From NCBI GenBank assembly GCA_977020255.1, contig CDROCS010004985.1, positions 1-44,238 of the forward strand: a stretch of DNA of 44,238 nt, given 5' to 3'. Within the stretch, counting starts at the first letter, position 1, and the number at the start of each line of letters is the position of its first letter. The notes under the pieces were generated by a model that did no database searches, was not told the DNA's origin, and saw only the letters and a program-made list of their open reading frames with translations. Both the position numbers and the translations under genes were made by a program. Of this stretch, positions 1 through 13,164 are shown one piece after another. The stretch comes from Obrimoposthia wandeli (Eukaryota).

Positions 1-1098
1 CTCAGTATGCCCGTTTCGAGGGGGGTTACGTATTGCTGTCAAGTTGGTTGTGCTGATCCTTAACACTGACTGAAGATTTGAATCAGTGAGAGAGAAAGAG
101 AGATCTGTTCTTTGACTTGTGCTTTCATTATAGAGAAAGTCTGCTCACAAGTAGCAAGTTGATGCAAACAACACAAACATCTTTCTTTAATTTCTTTGAG
201 TTTAAGGGTACTGCGGGGACTGAGAGATTAATAAAACTCATTCGACCAAAGTGAAATTTCAAACATCCTCAAAGGTTGTCAGCTTGTGATCAATCAGTTC
301 AATATCTGCAGTTCTTCAGTAAGCTGTTTCAATGAGTAAAAGGTAGGCTAAATAAAATCGAACTGTCAGCTAATTGCCAAAATCAACAAATCTTCACGAT
401 AGATTCCTCTTTTAAAAGCCATCATCTGGGAACAGTACTTGTCTGATAATGCTTGTGTAACTTGCTCGTGTTTTTCAACAGAGGAAAATGAACAAAGTTT
501 GCTCATTCAGCTGCTTAAAAGTTTCAATTGAAAGACTTTCCTTCGGAGTATAATTCATGAGCAAATAAACCTTTGCCTTGTAGTTTTGTGTTTAACTCAT
601 TCAGCTTTGCATTATATCCACAGCAAATGCAAAATCCACAAATCCATTTAATACTCTCCTTTCCCTTTGAAAAGTCACAAAGAGATTTCTTATAACCCAT
701 AAACTATACCGCGGAACTTGAAAGAATTTTAAAAACTGCCGATATAAAGTAAATGAATATAGTTATCTTTTCTGTTAATTATACCAAACACGTTTAATTT
801 CTTCCAATTCGGCAATATCAATGAAACATTGATTGAAAATTCTTTCTCGAACCTCAAACCTAGATATTTTCAATATTGAATGACTAGAAATGGCCCCCCG
901 GTTGTTGCTTAAGACAATGACACCAAGCTTTGCTACTATTTATAGCTAATGTTATGTTTCTCTATACTTAACTTCTGCAAGATTGCTGACTCAGAGTTAT
1001 ATTTTTTGAGATATTCACCTTTGAAAATACATAACTTTGCATCAACGTAATCAACGTAAACATGAATATTCATTTTGGCAAAATTGACATTTTGTTAG

Positions 1099-1485
1099 TT
1101 TCACTGTGTTTTCTTTGAGAAAGAGGCTCACTGATGATCTTGACGAAGAAGACGGCACTGGTCTACCCGTAACCGTTGACGGCCTCACACTGAAAGACAG
1201 TGGTTTGTGCAATGGTTGCAATTGCGAGGGGCACGCAGGGGCAGCGGGCGGATTGTTGGCGATTCCATCAGAACCACCGGAACCAGGGTCTCCAGAAAGC
1301 ACTGACCATTACTGCAATGGTATGTGCTTCGCTCAAAGCGGTATCGGGCTGTTGACGTTGGACACCGCGAAGAACTCCACATTGCGGAACGGACAGGTCA
1401 GATTGAGGCTGACTCCCGGCCGGCACGATCAGGTACTGCTGAAGAGGACCATTGGCAACTGGAGGCTCTGCAACAACAACAACAG
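1099..1485 (+). CDS. Probable host protein-coding exon, product unidentified
   Basis: GC-rich island in AT-rich DNA. Frame of ORF 1106-1489 is open. Ends in a consensus donor CAG|GTGAGT (1486-1491). Candidate acceptor TTTGTTAG at 1097-98, so the 5' boundary is uncertain. Peptide not recognised. Confidence 0.5.
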
Positions 1486-1751
1486 GTGAGTTCATCAATG
1501 TTCAATAAAATCAATACAACGTTAATTAAAATTTAATATTTTTTATAAAAGTAAGTCTGATTATTTTGTATAAATTCCGAAACCGTTTATTTTTAATCAA
1601 TTATATCCCCCAAAAACAGAAAAATAATAATTTTAACTCCAATTTTACAACTTTAATTCCTAGCAATTTAAATAAAGTTAATATGCGCGCAACAAAAAGA
1701 ACTTTTTATTTCTATTTTAAAAATATTTTCAGACATGCAGTAAAGTAGAAA

Positions 1752-1850
1752 AAAGACTAATCAAACCATGTAGTAGCTGATTTCATCCAGAGTTTTCCTT
1801 AGAAAAGCAGACATTTGGAACGTAGTTTTATCAGGTAAAGCGAATGATTA
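1752..1850 (+). pseudogene. Degenerate 28S (LSU) rRNA-derived fragment
   Basis: AAAGACTAATCAAACCATGTAGTAGCTG...GTTTTCCTTAGAAAAGC...GGTAAAGCGAATGATTA matches the conserved eukaryotic 28S segment AAAGACTAATCGAACCATCTAGTAGCTGG...GTTTCCCTCAGGATAGC...GGTAAAGCGAATGATTA (reference recalled from memory). Confidence 0.7.
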
Positions 1851-4800
1851 TAATCGATTTCGATCACATTTTCTGAATATATTTGATCAATAAAGCGAGA
1901 TACAAGTATTTTTAAGACAAATTGAAACTGATATTTAAATGTAGAAACGAAAAGAATGGAAGTAAATAGTTTTTTTATTCTGGAAAATATGTATATACTA
2001 AACTTTCTATTATGTAAGAGCATTATTTTTTAATTATGAAATAGATTTTTTAAAGTTTGAATATCTTTCAAATCAAATTAAATATTTAAGTGAAACTTTG
2101 TCACAAGTTTAAAAAATGATATAAGCAACAATGTAAAATAGCTTTGGATCATAACTTTTCCTGAAAAAATGTTAGACCAGTGTTATAAATACTGATGATG
2201 GAATGTCTACAACTTATTTAAAAAACTTTAAACGATTACGTTGTGTGGCTTTGACCTTTAATGTCACACAATTTAATACAAAATCAAATTTCGGAGAAAT
2301 TCTTGAATAGGTCTCCAAATTATGTTTGAATGTGATGATAATTCTGAAATTTCTTATGGTTGATGACAATTCATTGAACAATTCCATGAAGTAAAGTTTT
2401 TTTATGTTATGTTAAATTTTCTAGAAATATAAAAGCAAATATAGTCAAAATAATATGAACTATTTAACAAACTTTGAAGTTGAAAATAATTTGGCATTAT
2501 TCAATGACAAAAGAAATAAGTCCTATAGAAAATCCGGATGATGATTTTTCCACATCCCAGAGATCCATTGTTATTTAAGATCAGCAGGCATTCCGTTCAT
2601 TTTGTAAAATTTCACTCAAATATTCAGGATAAACAAAATATAACCCATACAAATCATTATCAAAAGATTTTTCTAAATTCATATTTCAGATGACTTTTAA
2701 TTAGTTATTATTTTAAACGTAAAAATATAAATAAAAAAACTAAATATCTGGAATAAAAATAATAACCTTTATCTTATTCTCTTTCACAAAGTAACATATT
2801 TCTAAACTGAATGTGTTCGCTAATTACGAAATTGTTATTTAAAAATTCCATCGACAGGATTTTGAGATATTGACTTGGTAAGAAAACACATTTTATATAC
2901 AAAATAATGACTTGACATTTATGAAACAGTATATTTAGTTTTAACTAATCATTATCAGATACGATCTGTTAGAGAAAAAAAAATGAAATGTTTAACTTAT
3001 TTCTAATAGACTCCATTGTTGCAAACTTGCAAATCAGTCTTTCAACACCATTTAGTACGATTCAAATCGCATAATAAGTCATTTAACTGACTCTGATTTA
3101 TTAATAAAGAATCTCTAGACATCGGCATTTTCTAATCAGTATCCGTAATATTATTTTCACGGTAATCTCTTCAGTGTCTACATCCGATATTTGAAATTTT
3201 ACAATTTACAGCGATAATTTAATAAAATAGCAATAGAAATACTAAAATGACCTTTTATAGACATGAAATCAAAATTTAAAATTATTTTCGTCGTCATTAC
3301 TACAAACTATACTTAAAAATCCTTTTGTCATCCCCATTTTCATGTTGTCCTGTATTATTTGAACGATTTGTTGATAGAAATTACAATAAATATTTATCTA
3401 CGACGACGCATTTAAAAGCACTTTCAAATGGCTGCTACGCTAGATCATGGCGCTATTTAAATGCTTTTATGGATACAATATGCACGTATGCACATCAATA
3501 ATGAAGCCAGAATAAGGTGAAATATTGTAATAAAACAAGACTAAATTTCTGAAACATATTGTAATATTTGTCAAGCCATAAAAACAAATACGAAGTCCAG
3601 TTCGTTAATTAGGAAAATGAATGCAGTATTATCGACATAGATGTCCCATCGAATAATCAAGTAGTAAGCAAGTTTGTGGAGAAAGGCAATATTGGTTGAG
3701 GCAGCACTGTGACAATCGTACAAAACAACGGCAGAAAGCTGAGGTCGGGTTGGAGGCAAGATAGTGGTAACAAGCCCGATCACCTGATATTGAGAGGGAG
3801 AAGGGGAGCAAGCAAACCTGAACAGGAGCGAAATTGCGCAGGCTCAATTGAAGTTGGATAATGATGATGAGGATGATGACAGAGAAACGAGGGAACAAAG
3901 CAGCGGGAGTAAAGTGTAGTGCAATCGGTCGGGACGGGAGATTAAACACGCGCTATCAATGGGAGAAGCGGCGTCATCGGCAGCAGCAGTAGCCATCTCA
4001 TCGGTGTCATCAGGCCCAACTAGATCCAGGCAGATAAACTCGCGCTACATCTATTCCCCATCTAGCAGAAACTATAGCAAAAGTAGCACGAGCGGGGACT
4101 GAGAAAACAAGTCGCTTTCCGATGATTTTGTCAGACATAGTCGACCTTGCTCTCCAGCAACGGACCCGGTGTACTCGGAATTAGTGTCTGACATACTACA
4201 CACACAGAGCTCTACGGACATTTCAATGGACATCTCTATGAACAGCACTTCTGAACTGGAATTGGATTATCTGTAACAGAGAATCCATCATCTCCTTTCG
4301 GGTATTTGTACCTCCACACTGTCTGGTCAGTTGGTGAAGCTACTGCAAACTAACAAGCGGAATTTTGAAATTGAAAACTCTTCACCCGTAAACTAAAAAT
4401 AAATTAAACAGCCAGTCATTTGTTTCTCAGTGACATTGTTCAAGAACTCGATAAAAGCCTCAAAACCGAACGGGCAACTCTCTTCCCTCATGTCAATTCT
4501 TACATTTTGAGCCATCAAACATTTAAACTTTTTGAAAAAGACAAATTTGATCAACTTGTATTATTCCCAGTTTTCTCTGCATTCTCTTAATGAGTCCTAT
4601 TAGCAACCGTGTTTGTTCGTATTCATCTTTATGTTCTACATACATATTAGACCAGGTCTCTTTGTCTCTATTATTGTCTCTTTACACCGAAGTGAAGAGC
4701 ATGGAACGCTCTTCCACTATGAGGACCACTACGAATGCCTACCCGATCATTGCTATAATTTAAGAGGCGTTGTTTTCAACGATATAAGTCTGTCGTTAAA

Positions 4801-5073
4801 GTATGTCTTCTATCGAGAGAACGCCATAACATTCTATCAGTCACAGGACTGTAAAAGAGCATTGTTTTCAGTCAAAGCTGTACTCATAGTTGTTGAGTTT
4901 TAAATTCTTAATATTTTATTCAATTATTAAATCCTCCAAATAACTTGATTTCTAACATTGAGTACATTTTGCCGATTTTGATTGCTAACAAACTTAAATT
5001 ATATTCATAGTTATTTAACGTCACTTGTGAAGTATAGGCATACAATCTTCTATGTTTCAATTAAACCACTTTA

Positions 5074-5174
5074 GGTGTAGAACAAAGTTGACAGCACCCC
5101 ACCGTCAGTGGCGTTACAGCAGCATGAGACAGAGAACAACGCGATAAAGAGCACGATTAACAAACAAAAGTCAA
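5074..5174 (+). repeat. 101-bp exact direct duplication, copy 1 (copy 2 at 7514-7614)
   Basis: GGTGTAGAACAAAG...CAAAAGTCAA is identical at both sites, offset 2440 bp. Confidence 0.95.
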
Positions 5175-5699
5175 TCAACCATAAACCAATCTTGAATTTA
5201 TTAATGAATTATCATAATAATCATTATGCTTCATTTCATATCCAACTTTTATTTCGTGTAAAAGAATTAAAATACAGTTTTATAATGTAAATATTTTAGA
5301 TTAAAGAGTCACATTTTTTAAAAGTTAATTTGTTAAAAGTAAAATGAAATTGTTTCAAAAAGTGTTAAAGCCATTGACATTAGATAAGCACTTAAAATGG
5401 AAACAAAAGAAAATAATAATTCTAAATTGGAAAATTATTGTTTTGAAAATTTTCACAAAATAATCTGTAAGTTCCTAAAGGAATCTAATATGAACATATT
5501 GTAACTTTTTATAGCATTTATTAAATAAGAAAGCCTTCAAAATTGACCCATCAGTATATTTTTTTCAATATACAATGTACGTTAAAATGTGTCGAAGATT
5601 TCTTAAGCTTATTAATTTTTTTAAAATATCAGTTATAATGTTTATTTTTTATTATTGAAATTTTTTATTATTGTATATTTTGAAATTATTATGTTCTGA

Positions 5700-5900
5700 G
5701 TCACGTGATCGAATACAACATTTTATTCAGAGCTTGTACGAAGGAATCTTACTGATGATCAACACTTTTTGCAAGATGGTGCTCCTCCCCACTATTCAAA
5801 AATCTTATGAATAATAGTCAATGATAAAAATTCGGGTAAATCGATGAGACATGACACCAGGTGACTTTTTCTTTGAAACTTGAAACATTTAATCAATTCA
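5700..5900 (+). mobile_element. Tc1/mariner transposase fragment
   Basis: 5772-5795 encodes QDGAPPHY, the second catalytic Asp motif. Flanks are degenerate. Confidence 0.6.
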
Positions 5901-5947
5901 AAGCAGGCCAAATATTTTGAGCAAATTTTACAGTGCACTCTGATATT

Positions 5948-6636
5948 CAGGGTGTCCCACAGAAAAACAAACTATTATAAATTAAAATCACAAAGCTATA
6001 TAATATATATATTATAAAAAGTACTAATAAATAGATTGTAGACAAAAGGGATTTATATAAATCTATCATAATGTTCAATATGTCCATCATTTTGCTCAAT
6101 ATTTGCTTGAAGTCTTAACGGTACATTATTTAATCACTTTTTCGAAATTTGTCTATAACTTCTTTGGCCAACGATGTACGGTAATTTACTGCATCCAACT
6201 TTTTCAGCTATCTTTTTTACGCTTGTTAATCCATTATTACTTTGTTTCATCAAACTTTCTGTGCTGTCTTCTAATCCTTTACCATCGTCATCAAATATCA
6301 TTTTTTCACCACTTCCAAATTTTCAAATTATTTTTAAATTTCAAATTTCAAACTTCTTTATTTTTATCCGAACTTTATTTTTATCAAAGATATTGTGCTT
6401 CAATTTATATTTCTTATTGTAGGCTTTAATAGTCAAAATTATATTCATGTTATTTTCATAATATAAAATTATGATGTCCGAATCGATATTTTCCATAATA
6501 AACTATTATATATATTGTAGGTATAATAAAATAAAAAGCCTTACTTTATAAAATATAAAAATCAATATTCAATACAAATTGTATGTGTGTGTTTTTATTT
6601 ACATAAGAAATAGTTCAAATTTAATGGGACACCTTG
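5948..6636 (-). mobile_element. Internally deleted Tc1/mariner-type element
   Basis: Inverted ends CAGGGTGTCCC (5948) and GGGACACCTTG (6626-6636, followed by TA), 10/11 match. Minus strand encodes RLQANIEQNDGHIEH, resembling the Tc1/mariner C-terminal R..CI...GGH.E motif. Confidence 0.6.
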
Positions 6637-7429
6637 TATTTAGAATAATTTCATTTTGTAGATTTTTTAAGGCTCGGTCTTCAAGTTTGAAATAATTTTG
6701 ATTGAGCTCACGTGGTGGACAATTTGAAGATCTTCAAACAAAGCCCTGAATTGTCATTGACTACTTCTGCACAGAAGCCAAATCATTAATCACGTTAATA
6801 CAGAAAATATGAAAAATATTTAGGGTGCTGTGAAAAAAATGTTTGGGAGCTCCTGGTTTACTAGAATAGTACACAAATTTGACACAATTTGGTGTTTGAG
6901 TGGTTCTTTCCTTCACTATAAATATGTATGTGAAACACTGAAATAAAAATCAAATACTGAAACAAAATTTTTACAGCGATATATTTGAGGATTCGGATAT
7001 CAACATCGACAGGATTATTGCTTCAAAATCACAAACCTGTTCGTATCACTAAAACCTAAACCTAAATTATAACTTTCGTTATTAATTTGTTTTTGTGAAT
7101 TTGAATCTTTGTGCAATAATGTCTTCTTTTTTGTGTTTGCAGGAAACCACATCGCTGAAAGGTGTTCGTGGCAAAAACCCCCGTTTGAGAACCACTGTTT
7201 CAGAGGAATTGCAAAGAAACATTATCAACAGTTGTATGGAAATACAAACCGACGACGGGTCCAGACCGGCCTGCGAAAGTGTGTAAATACGTTGTGATGA
7301 GACAGGAAAACAATTTCAATATTTGTATTAAGCAATGTTAAAACATAATGAAATGTTATTGTTTTGAATGTATAATTTAAATTTTAATTAATCTTTCGAA
7401 TCGCTCGACACATTTTGACCCACGTACGA

Positions 7430-7960
7430 AAATTAAGCAACACGTATAAACGCGCTATTAAAGCAACAATCAGCTGAATTTAGAGAAAGTTCGCGGAGGC
7501 CAGCTCCATTGTTGGTGTAGAACAAAGTTGACAGCACCCCACCGTCAGTGGCGTTACAGCAGCATGAGACAGAGAACAACGCGATAAAGAGCACGATTAA
7601 CAAACAAAAGTCAAACTGACTAAACACTAAAACGTTTTTCATTAAAAGAAGAGACGTCAAATTGACTGAGGCAGAGCCATATGCTGTCTTCGATGTCAAT
7701 GTGCAGTTCTTTGTACAAACTTGACAAGACACACACACACACAGACACAAGATTTATCAAGAGTGCCTCTCTCATCAAGACGGCCTTGCAGATCGTCGTC
7801 GGTGACAGTGAAGTCAAGTGTGTTGTTGCTGCTGTTGATCTAATCTCTGTACATCCAAAACTACTCCTCCCTGCTATTTGAAAAAAACGAAACGTAAGAC
7901 ACAAGTCCAGACACACACTCAAATGGAGACAGTGTAGTAGAGAATCTGACAACTGGCAAT
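7430..7960 (-). mobile_element. Possible decayed non-LTR ORF1 (PHD-like) relic
   Basis: Minus-strand TTICKAV...VCVCVLSSLYKEL...IWLCLS resembles the CxxC...H..C..L....Y..L....W.C..C PHD pattern of CR1/L2 ORF1, but several ligands are missing. Confidence 0.3.
7514..7614 (+). repeat. 101-bp exact direct duplication, copy 2
   Basis: Identical to 5074-5174. Confidence 0.95.
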
Positions 7961-9633
7961 GCAGTGCAAAATAACACAGTCAAACGACAGATCATTATCA
8001 CATTTACCATTAGCGTAATTGCACTATTTGGTAGAAGAAAATCATCAGAACTGTGTTGTCGAATTGCCGTTTAAAATTGAAGATTTTGATGTAGTGAAAT
8101 AGCACCTCCTGTCGCTCTTTGGACTGTTTTTTCTGCTGTATAAAATGAGGACGTTGCTACAACAAAAGGGAGGGAGTCAATGTAGCAGAAAATTCTGTTT
8201 TACACACAATGTGGAGACAGGCAAAGCACACAGACAAAATTGTGCAAGAACCGTATTTTTTGGATCAGAACACAGAAAGCCCTCTTCTTCTTTTGCTGCT
8301 GTTAGTGTTTACACTGTAGTGCTGCCATTTCACTGCAGCACCGACACACAGTACAGGCGGGCATTGTACTGAGAGTTATTGTGCTAAAAGCTAATTAAAT
8401 AGCAGACCGGCCTTCTAGCAATTAGAGAAACGTGTACTATCAGCGATAAACTCGAATACTATAAGGTACAATAAAAGCAGTAACACACCGAATCTCTCTA
8501 TCTTGCTCTCTCGAAAACGATCACATTTGTCAACATGTTACTTCAGGTAATTATGAAAAACCAGAAAATGCAATTTTATCTTCTAGAACTGTTTTGATTT
8601 ATTTTAACGGAAAAAATACTTATTTTGTCCTTAAAAACCATCAGTCAATCGAATTATAACAATACTGATTGATTATTCACAAGTGCTGCCGATTTTCGAT
8701 TATTCTTTATAATATTTTCTGAACAGCAAAGTCTTTTACCCTTTTTTGAACTATGCAACATTGTTACAGTTTCTTATAACCATCGGTAAATTGTTGAAAA
8801 GTTTCAAATATCCCATCAGTTCGTTTGTCATATCAAAATCTCTTAACCACTCTGTTATCATAATCATTGCCCTATATACTCATATACATGCTCACTGCAC
8901 TAGGCTAGAGAAGATCATATAAAATATCTGCTGCTATTCTTTTCTTTAATTTAAGTATATTTCTGACAGATTTGTTTAAATGTTTTGCAGGCGATTTAAT
9001 TGATAATCTGGAATATTAAAAAGTAAAGAACTTTGAAAATAACGTATTGATGTATTAACCGCATTTCTTATTAGATAAACATTTTTGATATGACTGTTGC
9101 ATATTCTTATCACTTTTTTTAATTTCGCAGTTCATTGTAATATTTTTATCAATAATATTTGTTTTACTTTAAAGTAAAAATAATTATAAAAAACCATGTT
9201 ACCTTTTATTAATTTAGTTTTACTGTGTCTGCTTTGTTTACAATTTATGCATGACAATGCGATGAAAATGGTGGTTGAATGAATTTTAAAAAGTGTCACT
9301 GGAGAGGCTTATAACACGATTGAATGTTGGGAAGCGATATTTTACAAATATTAAAGGAAAACTGTGTTCACATAATTTTTAAAAGCTGAGATGCCAAACT
9401 GTCGATTTGGTTGTTACAAATAATTTGGAAACTGTGGAGCTTATTGGAGGCTGTGGATGAAGCAAGAACTCCAGTAATGAAAACAATCAGGAAAGAAATG
9501 CTCAAAGAAATTGAAGTATATCACAGAAAAACAGAGATTCTTTCAATTTTCCTCCTGTAATCATGAATTTTGTTGACACTCGACTGTTAGTATGAATCAA
9601 ATTTAGTAAAACAAACCAGGTTGACTGTCAGTG

Positions 9634-9830
9634 CCGAGGTTTCCTCGAGATATCTGACATATGGAGCGTAGTTATTGCAGGTAATATGAGTACTATAGAT
9701 GTAATATCCTGATTTTAAAACCTCAAACAGAAACGATGGGTGAATTTCTTAATTGACGTCTTCAATGCCTATTAGGGTCATTTCTGGTAAGCATAACTGG
9801 TGATGTGGGATGAACCAAACATTTAGTAGA
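9634..9830 (+). pseudogene. Second degenerate 28S rRNA-derived fragment
   Basis: 9782-9820 TTCTGGTAAGCATAACTGGTGATGTGGGATGAACCAAAC resembles 28S TTTTGGTAAGCAGAACTGGCGATGCGGGATGAACCGAAC. 9634-9654 resembles CCGAAGTTTCCCTCAGGATAGC. Order is colinear. Confidence 0.7.
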
Positions 9831-10744
9831 GGCACAAAATTATTGGATCATGCTCAAGAGTAATCTACCAACATCGAAAATTCTTACAAGCATTTTCTTA
9901 TATCTTAAATAATATTAGATTTTAGGTCATTTCGTAGTTGATTTCAACAACATAAATTATTTTAAATTAACTTTTCTTTAAGACCACTCAGCTGATAACT
10001 ATATCAAAATTCTTTGAAAGTGTTATTATCTATATCATATACACTTCAAATTGATCTATGATTATTAGTTGAGAAGGCTCTCTTGTTTCGTAGTACAAAT
10101 TTTACAAATAGATTCATCTCTCTTCTTCTGGGTACACCACAATGAGAAAATTAGGGAGTTAGCATTTGTTTACGAAGAAATCAATGCGCTAAGCAAATTC
10201 AAAATTGTCCACACAATTCATTTTGACAAAACTTTAATTACAAAACAGTAATGGAAATTTATGGGCTTCACTTTAGTGAATCACACTTCTTTTTCTGACA
10301 TTTGCTTGACAGATTTCCCATTTTGACATTTGGATACTTTTTGTTGTATACATAATTATGGGAAAATTTATGGGAAAATTTATGGAGTCTCTTCAGACTT
10401 ATTTTTCGACTTCCAACTCCGAAACTAAAATTTCACTTCTTTATAACTCCAATATAATAATTAACAAAATAATAAGGTAAAATATTGCTAGTTTTACTAA
10501 ATATTTAAATTAAAATTACGAATTTTTATAATTCTGTATTTATAATTTGATACAGAAAAATATTAATTTTTTAATGTGAGAAAATAGTCAATATTCGATT
10601 TTTCTTTAATAAATATTTTTGTTTAATATGATTTACTTGAAATCATAATTCAAATCTCAATTTCGGAGTTATTCTATTCTGAAGTCTATCGTTTAGTTTA
10701 AATGTAATAAAAACATCAAGGAGAACATTTCGATAGTTATAGAG

Positions 10745-10820
10745 CAGGTGTGGGCAAACTTTTCTTCAAGAGGGCCACATGGAACATCGGTTGGGTTTCC
10801 CGAGGGCCGCATTAAAAAAA
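10745..10820 (+). mobile_element. hAT (Charlie-like) terminal sequence / MITE end
   Basis: CAGGTGTGGGCAAACTTTT...GAGGGCCACAT resembles typical hAT-Charlie termini. Partner end not located. Confidence 0.45.
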
Positions 10821-11389
10821 CATTGAAAAGTATGATGATGTAAGTTCTTACATACATAGAGAACAATTAAAGACCAGTAAATTAAAAGCAATATTAACAA
10901 ACAATAGTTTTTATTGAACTAATACAAAATAAGCAAAACATAAAAATTCAGTAGATATAGAAATTCCAAGTAAAAAAATGTAAACTAAATAACTAAGGAT
11001 ATTTTCATTTTCTTTTTGAACGGTTGCAAAATTGCGTAATATATTAATAATTTTTTAAACAAAACACAGATCTATAGTTAAATATTTTAGTTTATGAATA
11101 TCTATATTTGACAAAATTTGATACTACGTGCAAGTGCAGTTTTTTTTAAAATTTATTCATGTCTGTTGAATTGCAAAAGCGAGTAGTGTTTGTTATTACA
11201 CATACTTAATGTTTTTGGTGCTGTAAATTTGTAGTGCCTAGAAAAATATTTCAATAGGCTATAAAATTCGCAAAAAAGAAAAGTGGGTCCTTTCGATTAG
11301 CTAAACAAGGTTATTCTAATAATAATTTTTGATGACATATATCAATTTAGTTGTCATATGAGTGTGAATTAATTGTTTCATTTACATTT

Positions 11390-11960
11390 AAAAAGCTTCG
11401 TACAATACCCAACATAGACCACCAAACAGTTATCATAATTTTCTGTTTTAATGCTGATCTCAGTATTGCCTGGTGTGATTCAACTGCTTTACACTACTGA
11501 AATTATCCACTTTTCACCATAAATTATCAAACGTGCGAAAAACTTCATTCATTTTGTCTCAATAAAAGTGATCATAATTCTTTCAATATTTTTCAATTCT
11601 GTTAATTCATGAGGTACCTATTTTTCTAATATTTTTCCAACAATATATTAAAATTCCTGGAATGGTTGAGTAGTATACCTGAAACATAATTGTGAATTTT
11701 CGAAACGCACTATAAGGATTTCATTTCACAGCTTGCTTCATGTCATCTATATCTATGATAATATGAGCTCCACAACCTATTTGATCTTCTAATTCAATGA
11801 TAACAGACAAAATTTTCAAACCATATTTGAGTGGTTCTTTCAATAGCAGAACCTTTACCAAACGCTATATACTTCCGCTGCCGTGTGACCTAATTTATAT
11901 TCTGCAAACCATATATATTTAAGAAATGCCAAATAAATGAATAATGCAGGTATACAATTT
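11390..11960 (-). mobile_element. Decayed mariner (DD34D) transposase
   Basis: Colinear minus-strand motifs: EYKLGHTAAE (HTH start), *VPHELTE (WVPHEL, 11601-11620), RLIIYGEKWI (TGDEKW), MITVWWSMLGIV. Stops and frameshifts throughout. Confidence 0.8.
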
Positions 11961-13164
11961 TATACATAAAACTAATATTAAAGATTTATTGAAATTCTGA
12001 TATTGAAAACAGACATTAAATATGCAACAACTTTTGATTTTCATCTTATATCTCAATTTGATTAATTTGTGTTAAAATACACAGTAAAATTCACATATAA
12101 AAATCCAAAATTCACATAAAGAGTACAGATGGGTCGATTCGACCCAGATAGTCCTAGTGTTAAGAATACGTAAAAAATATTTTTCAGCTATGTTTACAAA
12201 TAATGTTATAATTAGGATTTCAGTTAAGGTTATAACTAGGTTAAGATAAGAAATAAAATCACCTATTGCGAATTCAGATTTAATTAAAATATTCGAATCT
12301 TTAAATAATGCAGCACCAAGTATGAAGGAAATTTAGATTGACTCCTTCATTTGGTTTCAAATTTTAAGTTCGACCAATTCGATAAACAAAAAGAAAACAC
12401 ATAAACATTTTTATAACGAATGGAAAGCCAAATCTAATTTACGTAGAATATTGTGAAAAGTCAAATTACAAATAAATTGTAAAGTCAAACGTAGACAGAT
12501 AAATGATGCCAAGTATCTAAGTCGACTCCTGTTTCTGACCTTAAAATTCTTTAAAGTCGAGGTTCAGAAAATGAAGCTAGCATCTGGCGATCGCTTTGCA
12601 TTTGAAACTGACTCTTCATGTGATTAATAATATACGAGACGCCTGCCTGCTTTCTTTACCAACACAATACAGCGTAATTCTGCAAATCGATTGCTAAATA
12701 TAACTCGCCTTACGTTATTAAAAATGCAGCGTTACATCTATCAGATAACATTCAAAGTTTTGCGACGTCATTGTTGGCTGTTACTTGAACGATTTATTTT
12801 CCTTGAAGTTACTTCAACGGCTATTAACAGAACGATAATGTGGCTATCTCATTCAGGCAGCCGGATTTTTATACATATCCAGCCTGTTATAAGTTATATA
12901 TGGGTTGAACAGGCATGTAAATTGATCCAAAATATCATTCATTCCACATCGCCAGTTCTGTTTACCAAAAATTCGTATTAAATCGTGACTTCAATGAAAA
13001 TTATATGAACGACTTCATGTAATAACCAAATCTCTTAATTTCTATAACAAATATTTAACCCCATTTTCAATTGTGACCTATACAAGGAAAAAGAAGTAGT
13101 GAAAATAATGCAATTTTAAAGAATGCTACAAATGCAGATGATGTTAAATAAGACGCTGGACCAT

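Noticed and set aside
1051-1536. Alternative overlapping ORFs around the host exon
   Set aside because: Shadow frames of one GC-rich exon; the strong donor supports only a + strand exon, and the longest open frame was chosen.
1752-1850. Functional rRNA gene
   Set aside because: Only ~100-200 bp fragments with substitutions in conserved helices and no flanking rDNA.
12128-12165. piggyBac-like end (TTAA plus GGGTCGATTCGACCC palindrome)
   Set aside because: No partner terminus found.
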